The translations under genes were made by a program, and so were the position numbers. Shown here in pieces: positions 9,417 through 17,725 of a DNA stretch of 27,551 bases (position 1 is the first letter of the stretch; the number at the start of each line of letters is the position of its first letter). The stretch lies in the IMG/VR virus record IMGVR_UViG_3300032373_001064, positions 1-27,551 of that record; one strand, written 5' to 3'. Under the pieces are notes generated by a model. The model had not been told where the DNA came from. It ran no database searches and saw nothing but the letters and a program-made list of their open reading frames with translations. The DNA comes from a virus (lineage: Duplodnaviria > Caudoviricetes).

Positions 9417-10353
9417 GTTGTACGCATCTGTTGGGGCGACGCTCGCTGATTGGAAACGCGAGGCGGGGGAGGGGTTTAGCGAGATTGAACCCGTTCTTGT
9501 TTCGACGGGCCAGCTCGCTCGGCGATGGTCGCAGCCGGGCAAACCAGCAATGCGCATTGTGGATCACGGCAACGGGCGTGCGGTTGCAGTTTGTGATGAT
9601 GAGTTGTCGCCTCCGGTGGAGCTGACGCAATCTGATCGGGTGCTGTATCGGCCGGATGGGAAACAGCTGCGTAAGAAGCTGGGTGAGACATTTGGTCTTT
9701 CGTCGAGCAGAGTAATCGAGGCGACTCTTCCAGGACTGATGCATATTGGTCAGTGGAGGGCCATCCCGGCGGTGCCGATTGATGTGTGGCTGTTGGTGGT
9801 AGACAGACAGGATCAACTTGTCCGTCAGATCATTGGCGGGATGCCTTCGATTGAATCTCCGGCGATGCTATTGACGCCGACCCGTGCATACTGGCCAAGC
9901 TCGAGCGTGGAATCCTTGCTGAAAGATGGAGTTCATCTGGTTCCAATCGATGATGTGCTCATTGAGGAAAACGGATCATGGGAACGGCTCCCAGCATGGG
10001 ATGAGTTTATCGTTCGACTTGTCCCGGACGCTGTTGCTCGCGGGCCAGAACAGGGTTCAGGCCAAAGTGAAGCAAAACTCAGATCACAGATTGAATTGCT
10101 CAACGGCACAGAACACCACATCATCATGGCACTCGGTGAGAAGGAGATATATGGGCTTGATGTTGGCGATTTGCCGAGCACCGATACGGTTGCTCAATGG
10201 GCAGGGTATCAGGGGAACACATCATTCAAGACCATGCTCAGCGGACTTGTTAAATCCGAATACCTTGATAATGGAAGCCATCACAATAAGCGTGGCGGCT
10301 ACTTCCTGACCCCCAAAGGCAAGCAGGCAGCAGATTTGTTAGACCAGTCATGA
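9382..10353 (+). CDS. Hypothetical protein with a probable C-terminal winged-helix DNA-binding domain
   Basis: RBS ggag before ATG 9382, overlaps the upstream gene. C-terminal LNGTEHHIIMAL..STDTVAQWAGY..SFKTMLSGLVKSEYLDN..GGYFLTPKGKQAA fits a wHTH with its wing hairpin. Confidence 0.7.
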   Translation: MLAQNRSLQCLELYASVGATLADWKREAGEGFSEIEPVLVSTGQLARRWSQPGKPAMRIVDHGNGRAVAVCDDELSPPVELTQSDRVLYRPDGKQLRKKLGETFGLSSSRVIEATLPGLMHIGQWRAIPAVPIDVWLLVVDRQDQLVRQIIGGMPSIESPAMLLTPTRAYWPSSSVESLLKDGVHLVPIDDVLIEENGSWERLPAWDEFIVRLVPDAVARGPEQGSGQSEAKLRSQIELLNGTEHHIIMALGEKEIYGLDVGDLPSTDTVAQWAGYQGNTSFKTMLSGLVKSEYLDNGSHHNKRGGYFLTPKGKQAADLLDQS

Positions 10354-10366
10354 CTAGTCATGACTG
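10345..10366. promoter_or_regulatory. Perfect 22-bp palindrome, candidate operator
   Basis: CAGTCATGACTAGTCATGACTG, equal to C + (AGTCATGACT)x2 + G; contains the wHTH gene stop codon. Confidence 0.6.
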
Positions 10367-10440
10367 ATTGAGCAGCCCTTTGCTGCGAGACTTCTTCAAG
10401 TTCATCACGGATAGGCCGTGTGGACACGAGGAGTTTCGTA

Positions 10441-10649
10441 ATGCATCAGTATCACTATAATTCAAGAATACAGGCGAGATCGCCGCCGATGGCGATCTGC
10501 TTATCGAACGCCTTATGCGTTTGGTGTTCAATTCCATTGAAGCACCATTTGGCGAATCCGCCTGATATTTGATCGACGCTGAAAACCCTAGATGGTCGGC
10601 TCCGGTCGGTCCCCATGATCAGCTTCTCATAGCACCCATCTCTCAGTAA
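10441..10649 (+). pseudogene. Degenerate paralog of the 11285-11629 gene
   Basis: RBS gaggag + ATG 10441 (MHQYHY), frameshift at about 10460, then FKNTGEIAADGDLLIERLMRLVFNSIEAPFGESA*YLIDAENPR, resembling VYRLTF...VEETLLLAVLAIGCLYGESAIRLDAGYAIDKDKR. Confidence 0.45.
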
Positions 10650-10712
10650 ACCAATAAACGCGGCCACAACCGCCAGCGCGGTGGCTGCGCGCAGAAACAG
10701 AAAGAACAGAAA

Positions 10713-11234
10713 ATGAATAGTGATCCAAAATCAATCGAGTTTGCCAGAAAAGTCATCGCGTCGGAGGTTCGGACGCTTCGTGTGCGGGGGGTGATCCGCC
10801 TCAGCGAGGAAGAGGACATCGCGGGGGAGTTGATGCTTCAGCTGCTTGATGCGTGGGCTGGGTTTGATCCCCGGCGTGGGCCGATTGAGGCGTTTATCAA
10901 TCAAGTGGTCAACACGCGGCTGATTTCCATTTTGCGGAAGCGATCCGCTCAGAAACGCAGTGCGACGGTGGAATCGATTGACGCATCGGATGATCGGGTG
11001 GTTGATCGGACATCGCTAGATGATGGGGTTGGGCGATTGATCGACATCAAGGTTGATCTCAAGGTTGCGCTGTGCAACCTGACACCCAAGCAGCGGGAGA
11101 TTTGTGATTTGCTGCTTCGAGATGCGGTGACGCCGGTGGCGAGGGAGTTGGGCATGCCACGGAGCACGCTGCGTGATGCGATCGTCAAAATCCGCGAGGT
11201 GTTCCGCGATGCAGGACTCGAGGAGTATCTGTGA
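10713..11234 (+). CDS. Sigma-70 family (ECF-like) sigma factor
   Basis: 173 aa. Region 2-like EEEDIAGELMLQLLDAWAGFDPRRGPIEAFINQVVNTRLISILRK; region 4 LCNLTPKQREICDLL..VTPVARELGMPRSTLRDAIVKIR. Confidence 0.88.
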   Translation: MNSDPKSIEFARKVIASEVRTLRVRGVIRLSEEEDIAGELMLQLLDAWAGFDPRRGPIEAFINQVVNTRLISILRKRSAQKRSATVESIDASDDRVVDRTSLDDGVGRLIDIKVDLKVALCNLTPKQREICDLLLRDAVTPVARELGMPRSTLRDAIVKIREVFRDAGLEEYL

Positions 11235-11238
11235 GTCC

Positions 11239-11267
11239 CGCCACTTCATTTGGCTTTGGCGTAGATG
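11239..11267 (+). promoter_or_regulatory. Putative element-sigma promoter copy B
   Basis: CGCCAC 11239-11244, spacer ttcatttggctttg, GCGTAGATG 11259-11267, directly followed by RBS aaggag and ATG 11285. Confidence 0.75.
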
Positions 11268-11284
11268 ACCCAAGGAGAATACAG

Positions 11285-11629
11285 ATGAACACTGAGCACA
11301 CTTCCAATGGCCGAGCGGTTTACCGGCTTACATTTTCGATCCCCGTCAATATGGACGCCGTTGAGGAGACGCTGCTTTTGGCGGTGCTCGCGATCGGGTG
11401 CCTGTATGGCGAATCAGCCATCCGTCTTGACGCGGGCTATGCGATCGACAAGGACAAACGGGTCGTGGTGATCAATGCTCACACCCGGATCGGCTGTGCG
11501 GTGGCCCGTGTCTTTGTCGGCTTCTGCATGAGCGAGTTCGGCGAGGGCACCTTTGGAGTGTCGTGGATCGCGGGTTCTGGATCAGGAATGACGCTGACGA
11601 ACGAATCCCTTGCCGAGGCAGCCTTGTGA
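11285..11629 (+). CDS. Small hypothetical protein, first gene of the replication operon
   Basis: RBS aaggag, 114 aa; preferred over the GTG at 11231. Confidence 0.75.
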   Translation: MNTEHTSNGRAVYRLTFSIPVNMDAVEETLLLAVLAIGCLYGESAIRLDAGYAIDKDKRVVVINAHTRIGCAVARVFVGFCMSEFGEGTFGVSWIAGSGSGMTLTNESLAEAAL

Positions 11630-11745
11630 ACCAAAGTAAACGAGCGCACCAGCCGTTGGTGCGTCTGGGCCAGGGTGAGTATGCCCGAGATATTTGGCCC
11701 AGCGATCACGGTCAATCCAAACGAACACAAGAAAACGGAGATCAC

Positions 11746-12588
11746 ATGAGCTTGATGCAACAGATCCAGAAGGGCCCGAACCCCAAACCCCGCCGCGTGA
11801 TGCTCTATGGCACGCACGGGATCGGCAAGTCCACCTTTGGGGCGATGGCCGATGCGCCGATCTTCGTGCCGACTGAAGACGGGCTGGCGGATATCGACTG
11901 TGAGTCGTTTCCGCTATCACAGAGTCTTGGGCAGCTGATGGCTTCGCTTGAGGCACTCTACACCAGCGACCATTGCTACAAAACAGTCGTGATCGATAGC
12001 CTTGACTGGCTCGAACGACTGATCTGGGCTGAGGTGTGTGCCGACAAGGGCGTCGAATCTATCGAGGACATCGGGTACGCCAAGGGGTACACCTTCGCCA
12101 TCGACAAATGGCGTGCGGTGCTCGGGGCGCTCGATGCACTCCGGAGCGATCGTGATTTGGGCGTAATCCTGATCGCCCATGCGAAGATTGAACGGTTCGA
12201 CAACCCCGAGACTGATCCATATGACCGGTACAGCCCTCGGCTGCACAAACTAGCGAGCGGGTTGGTGCAGGAATGGTGCGACGAGATTCTGTTTGCTACC
12301 TACCGCGTGCATACCCGGAAGATCGACGAGGGTTTCAACAAAGCCAAGCACCAAGGTATCGGCACTGGCGAGCGGATCATCCGTTCAACCGAGCGCCCGG
12401 CTCATGTGGCCAAATGCCGAATCTCGCTGCCCGAGGAGTTCCCGCTCGATTACCGCGTCTTTGCATCGTTGGTGCGTGGCGAGGAACTGCCTGCACCACA
12501 GATTGAACCAGAAACCAATCAAGAAACTGGTATCGCCCAGAGCGAAGCGCCATCACCAACATCAACACCAGAACAAGAAGGAGTCTAA
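11746..12588 (+). CDS. Sak4-like AAA_24 single-strand annealing ATPase
   Basis: Walker A YGTHGIGKST, Walker B TVVIDSLDWLE, ILIAHAK, WCDEILFA, AHVAKCR; RBS ggag. An alternative in-frame GTG exists at 11626. Confidence 0.88.
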   Translation: MSLMQQIQKGPNPKPRRVMLYGTHGIGKSTFGAMADAPIFVPTEDGLADIDCESFPLSQSLGQLMASLEALYTSDHCYKTVVIDSLDWLERLIWAEVCADKGVESIEDIGYAKGYTFAIDKWRAVLGALDALRSDRDLGVILIAHAKIERFDNPETDPYDRYSPRLHKLASGLVQEWCDEILFATYRVHTRKIDEGFNKAKHQGIGTGERIIRSTERPAHVAKCRISLPEEFPLDYRVFASLVRGEELPAPQIEPETNQETGIAQSEAPSPTSTPEQEGV

Positions 12589-12591
12589 CCC

Positions 12592-13059
12592 ATGGCCAAC
12601 CTGAACGGATTCAATGCGAACGATGTCGATCCCAATGTGGCTTTCGAGCCTCTGCCCGCGGGCGATTATCTCGCGGTCGTCGTGGCGACGGAGATGAAGC
12701 CGACCAAGAACGGCAGCGGCGAGTATCTGCAGCTTGAGATCGAAGTGATCGATGGGCCGCAGAAGGGACGCAAGGTGTGGGATCGGTTGATGCTCAAGCA
12801 CACCAACTCGCAAACGGTGACCATTGCCCGAAGTACGCTTTCGGCGCTCTGCAGGGCGATCAATGTCTTGCAGCCCAGGGACAGCATCGAGCTGCACAAT
12901 CTGCCCGTCGTGGTGAAGGTGGCATGCAAGAAACGCAACGACACAGGCGAAATCGCCAATGTGGTCAAGGGGTACAAGACGAAGGGCGCATCGGCGATGG
13001 CTGGTGCAACTGGGCAAGCGGCTCCTGTTGCTGGAGGGACGCCACCGTGGAAGCGGTGA
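12592..13059 (+). CDS. DUF669 domain protein (phage SSB-like)
   Basis: FEPLPAGDYLAVV..MKPTKNGSGEYLQLEIEVIDGPQKGRKVWDRL, flexible tail ending PPWKR, follows Sak4. Confidence 0.85.
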   Translation: MANLNGFNANDVDPNVAFEPLPAGDYLAVVVATEMKPTKNGSGEYLQLEIEVIDGPQKGRKVWDRLMLKHTNSQTVTIARSTLSALCRAINVLQPRDSIELHNLPVVVKVACKKRNDTGEIANVVKGYKTKGASAMAGATGQAAPVAGGTPPWKR

Positions 13060-13418
13060 TTCCACGCGTGCGTTCATTCGAGTTGCCCTACCCGCCTTCG
13101 GTGAATCATTACTGGAGGCGGGTTGGTGATGCAACGATCATCAGCCGGGAGGGGCGGAGGTTCCGCAAGGAAGTATGCGATTTGCTCGCGCCTATGCAGG
13201 GCCATCGTTTTGAAGGGCGGCTGGCGGTTCGTATTCTTGCGTGCCCGCCCGATGCCCGGCGTCGTGATCTTGACAACATTATGAAGGCCCTGCTCGATGC
13301 GATTGAGGATGGCGGGGTGTACCGCGACGACGGGCAGATCGATTGTCTGTTTGTCGAGCGTGGGCCGATCACCCCCGGCGGCAAGGTCATGGTGCAGGTG
13401 AAGGAGATCGAATCATGA
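13056..13418 (+). CDS. rusA: RusA-family Holliday junction resolvase
   Basis: LPYPPSVNHYWRR, RRRDLDNIMKALLDAI..GVYRDDGQID; GTGA and ATGA overlaps at both ends. Confidence 0.92.
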   Translation: MIPRVRSFELPYPPSVNHYWRRVGDATIISREGRRFRKEVCDLLAPMQGHRFEGRLAVRILACPPDARRRDLDNIMKALLDAIEDGGVYRDDGQIDCLFVERGPITPGGKVMVQVKEIES

Positions 13419-15100
13419 AGCTCCGCCCGTACCAGCAAGATGCCGTCAGCACCGTCTACGAGCATTTGAGATCGCGGGATGACAACCCGTGCGTGGTGAT
13501 CCCGACCGGCGGCGGCAAGACACCCGTCATCGCAACGATCTGCCGCGATGCGGTATCGCTGTGGGACGGGCGAGTGGTGATCCTCGCTCATGTCAAGGAA
13601 TTGCTCGAGCAAGCCGCCGACAAGCTGCGGCAGATCGCGCCCGAGATACCGATGGGTATCTACTCGGCAGGGCTCAAGCGCAAAGACCTCGGGTACGCCG
13701 TCACGATTGCGGGCATTCAGTCGGTCTATCGGCGAGCGTGCGATCTTGGGGCGATGGATCTGATCATCGTGGACGAAGCGCATCTGATCCCACCCGAGGG
13801 CGAGGGGATGTATCGGCAGTTCCTAGAGGATGCCAAGATCGTCAATCCGCATGTGCGTGTGATTGGTCTGACCGCGACGCCGTTTCGGATGAAGACTGGG
13901 TCTATTTGCGGGCCTGACAACATCCTGAACGAGGTGTGTTATGAGGTTGGGGTGCGTGAACTGATCGCCAATGGGTATCTCTCTGGGCTCAAGACCAAGG
14001 CCGGGCTCCAGAAGGCCAATACCAGTGACCTGCATGTGCGAGCTGGTGAGTTTGTCGCCAGCGAGGTCGAGGAGTTAATGGATAAATCCACGCTCGTTGA
14101 GGGCGCGTGCGATGAGATCGTTGAGCACACACACGATCGCAAGGCGGTTTTGATCTTCTCTTCTGGTATCCGGCACGGGCAGCACATGGTCGAGGTGCTT
14201 CGATCCCGGCATGGCGTGGAGTGTGGGTTTATCTCCGGCGATACGCCCGCGGGTGTTCGCAGCAGCATACTTGGTAGATTCCTTTCTGGCGAACTCAAGT
14301 ACCTCTGCAATGTCAATGTGCTGACGACGGGTTTCGATGCGCCTCATATTGATTGCGTGGCACTCGTTCGCCCGACGCTCTCGCCGGGGTTGTACTACCA
14401 GATGGTCGGGCGCGGCTTTCGGCTCTCGCCGGGCAAGGACGACTGTCTTGTGCTCGATTTCGGGGGCAATGTGCTTCGGCACGGCCCAGTTGACGCGATC
14501 AAGGTTGAAACGCCGGACAAGGGCGATGGAGAAGCACCCGCCAAGGAATACCCCCAATGTCAGGCGTTGATCGCTGCGGGCTATCAGATTTGCCCAGAGT
14601 GCGGGCACGAGTTTCCCGGGCCCGAGCGATCGAAGCACGAAGCGGAGGCCAGCACGGAGGGGATTCTCTCAGGCCAATCAACACGCGACGAGTACAAGAT
14701 CAGCGAGACGACCCACCACATTCATTTCAAGCGGGGCGATCCGAGTGCACCGCCGACGATGCGGGTGGAGTATCGGTCTGGGTTCAATACCTATTTCCGC
14801 GAATGGGTATGCTTCGAGCACGAGGGCTATGCGCGGGATAAAGCCGAGCAATGGTGGCGGATGCGATCGCATGATTCGGTTCCAGATTCGGTCGAGGAGG
14901 CGGTTGCTCTCATTCAAGCCGGTGCATTGGCCGAGACGAACGAGATCACGGTCGAACGCAAGGCGGGGGATCAGTATGACCGGATCGTGACTCATGAGCT
15001 TGGGCACAAGCCACCAGCGATCAATGAAGAAGTTGTCGAGATCAAGCCAGTGGTTGCCTACGACGGCTACGGATTTGATCCCGACGAGGTGCCGTTCTAA
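13415..15100 (+). CDS. SF2 DEAD/DEAH helicase (RadD/YejH-like) with a C-terminal zinc ribbon
   Basis: LRPYQ, PTGGGKT, DEAH, GLTATPFR, LTTGFDAP, QMVGRGFR, YPQC..CPEC. Confidence 0.93.
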   Translation: MKLRPYQQDAVSTVYEHLRSRDDNPCVVIPTGGGKTPVIATICRDAVSLWDGRVVILAHVKELLEQAADKLRQIAPEIPMGIYSAGLKRKDLGYAVTIAGIQSVYRRACDLGAMDLIIVDEAHLIPPEGEGMYRQFLEDAKIVNPHVRVIGLTATPFRMKTGSICGPDNILNEVCYEVGVRELIANGYLSGLKTKAGLQKANTSDLHVRAGEFVASEVEELMDKSTLVEGACDEIVEHTHDRKAVLIFSSGIRHGQHMVEVLRSRHGVECGFISGDTPAGVRSSILGRFLSGELKYLCNVNVLTTGFDAPHIDCVALVRPTLSPGLYYQMVGRGFRLSPGKDDCLVLDFGGNVLRHGPVDAIKVETPDKGDGEAPAKEYPQCQALIAAGYQICPECGHEFPGPERSKHEAEASTEGILSGQSTRDEYKISETTHHIHFKRGDPSAPPTMRVEYRSGFNTYFREWVCFEHEGYARDKAEQWWRMRSHDSVPDSVEEAVALIQAGALAETNEITVERKAGDQYDRIVTHELGHKPPAINEEVVEIKPVVAYDGYGFDPDEVPF

Positions 15101-17262
15101 TGGCTCAAGCACCTATCGATCATAATGGTACATTGCGATCTCATGCCGAGGCACTCGTTGCTGCGGGGTTGTGCGCCCTGCCAGCAATCCGGCGTGGGGA
15201 CGAGAAGCGCGTCGCGTTGGCGAAGTGGAAGCCGTACCAAGAACGGTTGCCGGATGCGGAGGAACTCGGGTCGTGGTTTGGCGAGCACGCTGACGCGATG
15301 TGCATTGTCTGCGGCGGTGTCTCGGGCAATCTCGAAATGATCGATTTCGATCTCGGCGGCGAGGCGTTCGAAGACTGGAAGCAAGCGGTCAACGAACAGA
15401 CGCGGGGGCTACTTGATCGGCTGGTCATCGAGACCACGCCATCGGGCGGGTTCCATGTGGTGTATCGGTGCGATGAACCAGTATCTGGAAACATGAAGCT
15501 GGCGAGTCGTGTGATTGAAACGGATGGGCCAGAGCCGATCACGATTGGGGCGAAGGACTACACGCCTCGCAAATCCAGCATCGGGCAATGGCAGGTGACG
15601 ATCACCATGATTGAGACGAGGGGTGAGGGCGGCCTTTTCTTGTGTGCTCCGTCGGATGGCTACGAACTGATCCAAGGCGAGTTGATCGCTACGCCAACGA
15701 TCACGATTGATGAGCGTGAAGAGCTACTCGGCTGCGCATGGGCGCTCGATGAGCTACCAAGAGAAATCGTCGGAAGCCAGGATGTGTCAGTTCTGTCAGT
15801 GTCGGAATCACTCCGACCCGGGGATGAGTTCAACGAGCGAGGCGACACCAGAGATGTACTCCAGCAGCACGGCTGGTCGCTTGTCCAGCAAGGCAATAAC
15901 GAACATTGGCGACGGCCGGGCAAATCTGCGGGCACGAGCGCGACGCTCAAGGATCGCGTGTTCTATGTCTTCAGCACCAACGCCACGCCATTCGAAGCGG
16001 GCAAGGGGTATGCACCGTTTGCGGTCTACGCGTTGCTCGAGCACAATGGCGACTTCACCAAAGCTGCCTCTACGCTGGCGAGCGAAGGCTTCGGCTCACT
16101 CCCAGACACCGACACCCATGGCGTTGATCTCTCTGGGTTCATCACTTCGCCAACTCCACCGCCGCCGAGCACTCAATCGTTCCAGCCCATGCCCATCGCG
16201 GTTGGTGAGCTGGTCGAATCGTTCCCGTTGCTACGCCCGCCGGTGATCCACGGGCTGCTGCGCGAGGGTGAGACAATGAATGTCATCGCCGCGCCCAAGA
16301 CCGGCAAGTCCTGGCTGACGCTTGATCTGGCGATTGCGGTCGCTACAGGGATGCCTTGGCTCGGGTGCTACGAGACCGTCGCCGGCGATGTACTGATCAT
16401 TGACAACGAGCTCCACCGCGAGACGAGCGCCAACCGCATCCCCAAGGTCGCCAACGCCCGAAGCGTGGCCATGAGGGAGATCAGCGAACGGATCTTCGTC
16501 GATAACCTTCGTGGTCGGCTCCAGGACATCAACGCGATGGGCGGATATTTCGACGGGCTCGAACCGGGGCAGTTCAATGTCATCATCCTCGATGCGTTCT
16601 ACCGGTTCATGCCCCAAGGCGGCGACGAGAATGACAATGGCACGATGGCCAACATCTACAACCTCATCGACGCCTACGCCAACCGACTCGGTTGCTGTTT
16701 CGTGCTCATCCACCACAGCACTAAGGGCAGCCAGAGCGGCAAGAGCGTCACCGATGTCGGGGCGGGTGCAGGAGCACAATCCAGAGCGACGGATACGCAC
16801 CTCGTGCTCCGCCCGCACGAAGAAGAGGGTGTGGTCGTGCTCGACGCCGCCGTGCGGTCGTGGGCACCGATTGAGCCGGTCTGTCTGCGATGGGACTTCC
16901 CCGTGTGGTCGGTCGATCACACGCTCGACTCGGCTGCCCTCAAGAACGAGCGAGCACGCAAGAAGCAGGAGAAGCCGACCAAGGAAGAGCCGCCAACATG
17001 GGATGCCCAGCGGTTCGTCGAGGCGATCATCACCGACACGCCACGCAGCAAGGCCCAGATCCGTGAGCTGGCCAAGAAGGAGCGTGGCCTGTCGTGGAGG
17101 CGGACGGCAGACCTATTGGAGATCGCCGAGGGTGAGGGGCTGCTGCACTGCTGGCGAACCGGGCAATCGCACAAGACCGTGTACTCAACCCGCCCCCAGC
17201 CCGAGTTCAAATCGAATAACGACCACGACCAGAGTCCTGATCAGAAGGAGGGTGAGTCGTGA
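15100..17262 (+). CDS. Bifunctional primase-polymerase fused to an AAA_25 (RepA-like) helicase
   Basis: PrimPol motifs CGGVSGNLEMIDFD, ETTPSGGFHVVY, IETRGEGG; Walker A AAPKTGKS, IDNEL, Walker B IILDAFYR, LIHHSTKG. Confidence 0.9.
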   Translation: MAQAPIDHNGTLRSHAEALVAAGLCALPAIRRGDEKRVALAKWKPYQERLPDAEELGSWFGEHADAMCIVCGGVSGNLEMIDFDLGGEAFEDWKQAVNEQTRGLLDRLVIETTPSGGFHVVYRCDEPVSGNMKLASRVIETDGPEPITIGAKDYTPRKSSIGQWQVTITMIETRGEGGLFLCAPSDGYELIQGELIATPTITIDEREELLGCAWALDELPREIVGSQDVSVLSVSESLRPGDEFNERGDTRDVLQQHGWSLVQQGNNEHWRRPGKSAGTSATLKDRVFYVFSTNATPFEAGKGYAPFAVYALLEHNGDFTKAASTLASEGFGSLPDTDTHGVDLSGFITSPTPPPPSTQSFQPMPIAVGELVESFPLLRPPVIHGLLREGETMNVIAAPKTGKSWLTLDLAIAVATGMPWLGCYETVAGDVLIIDNELHRETSANRIPKVANARSVAMREISERIFVDNLRGRLQDINAMGGYFDGLEPGQFNVIILDAFYRFMPQGGDENDNGTMANIYNLIDAYANRLGCCFVLIHHSTKGSQSGKSVTDVGAGAGAQSRATDTHLVLRPHEEEGVVVLDAAVRSWAPIEPVCLRWDFPVWSVDHTLDSAALKNERARKKQEKPTKEEPPTWDAQRFVEAIITDTPRSKAQIRELAKKERGLSWRRTADLLEIAEGEGLLHCWRTGQSHKTVYSTRPQPEFKSNNDHDQSPDQKEGES

Positions 17263-17287
17263 TCCGAACACTCCAAATCCTTCATTC

Positions 17288-17459
17288 TCGCTCGAGCGCG
17301 CACTCGCTGAAGCGCTTCGCCGAAGCGCTCAAGCGAACGCCGCGCTTCAGCGAAACCCCGTTTTCGCTCGAGCGCGCACACCCCCCCATACCCCCCCGGG
17401 GCGGGCGCTCGAGCGCCGCCCGGGCCTCGCTGGAGCGCGCACGCTCGAGCGCTCAAGCG
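17288..17459. repeat. Array of 10 palindromic CGCTNNAGCG units (candidate replication origin)
   Basis: Units start at 17289, 17305, 17318 (1 mismatch), 17326, 17343, 17365, 17406, 17428, 17442 and 17450; two C-tracts at 17380-17397. Confidence 0.8.
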
Positions 17460-17473
17460 AGAATCGATCGAAT

Positions 17474-17513
17474 AGGTACTCCCGGGCGAATCCAGGCCGG
17501 TGACGCCCGCGGG
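17474..17513 (+). other. Candidate lambda-like cos site (cosQ/cosN-like)
   Basis: AGGTACT-CCCGGGCGAATCCA-GGCCGGTGACGCCCGCGGG versus lambda GGGTCCT...GGGCGGCGACCTCGCGGG. Confidence 0.45.
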
Positions 17514-17725
17514 AACAGCACCCGATATCGACAGACTTTCTTTCGGCTGTCCGGTCTGGTTTGGAGGATCGCCCGTGTCGCCGACTTGCCCCGGCTGGCA
17601 CCACCACTCGGAATCCATACCCCTTGGCCACACAGGCCAACGAGGTACGCCTTCGGGCCAACAAACGAACCAATCCGGGGCCACGGTTGGCCTCAATTCA
17701 CACCAAACGCACGGAGGAATACGCC

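Noticed and set aside
17288-17459. Repeat array as CRISPR or REP elements
   Set aside because: Units are 10 bp, irregularly spaced and overlapping, with no unique spacers and no cas genes.
16511-17503. 330-aa alternative-frame ORF
   Set aside because: Ser/Arg/Thr-rich off-frame reading of the AAA_25 domain.
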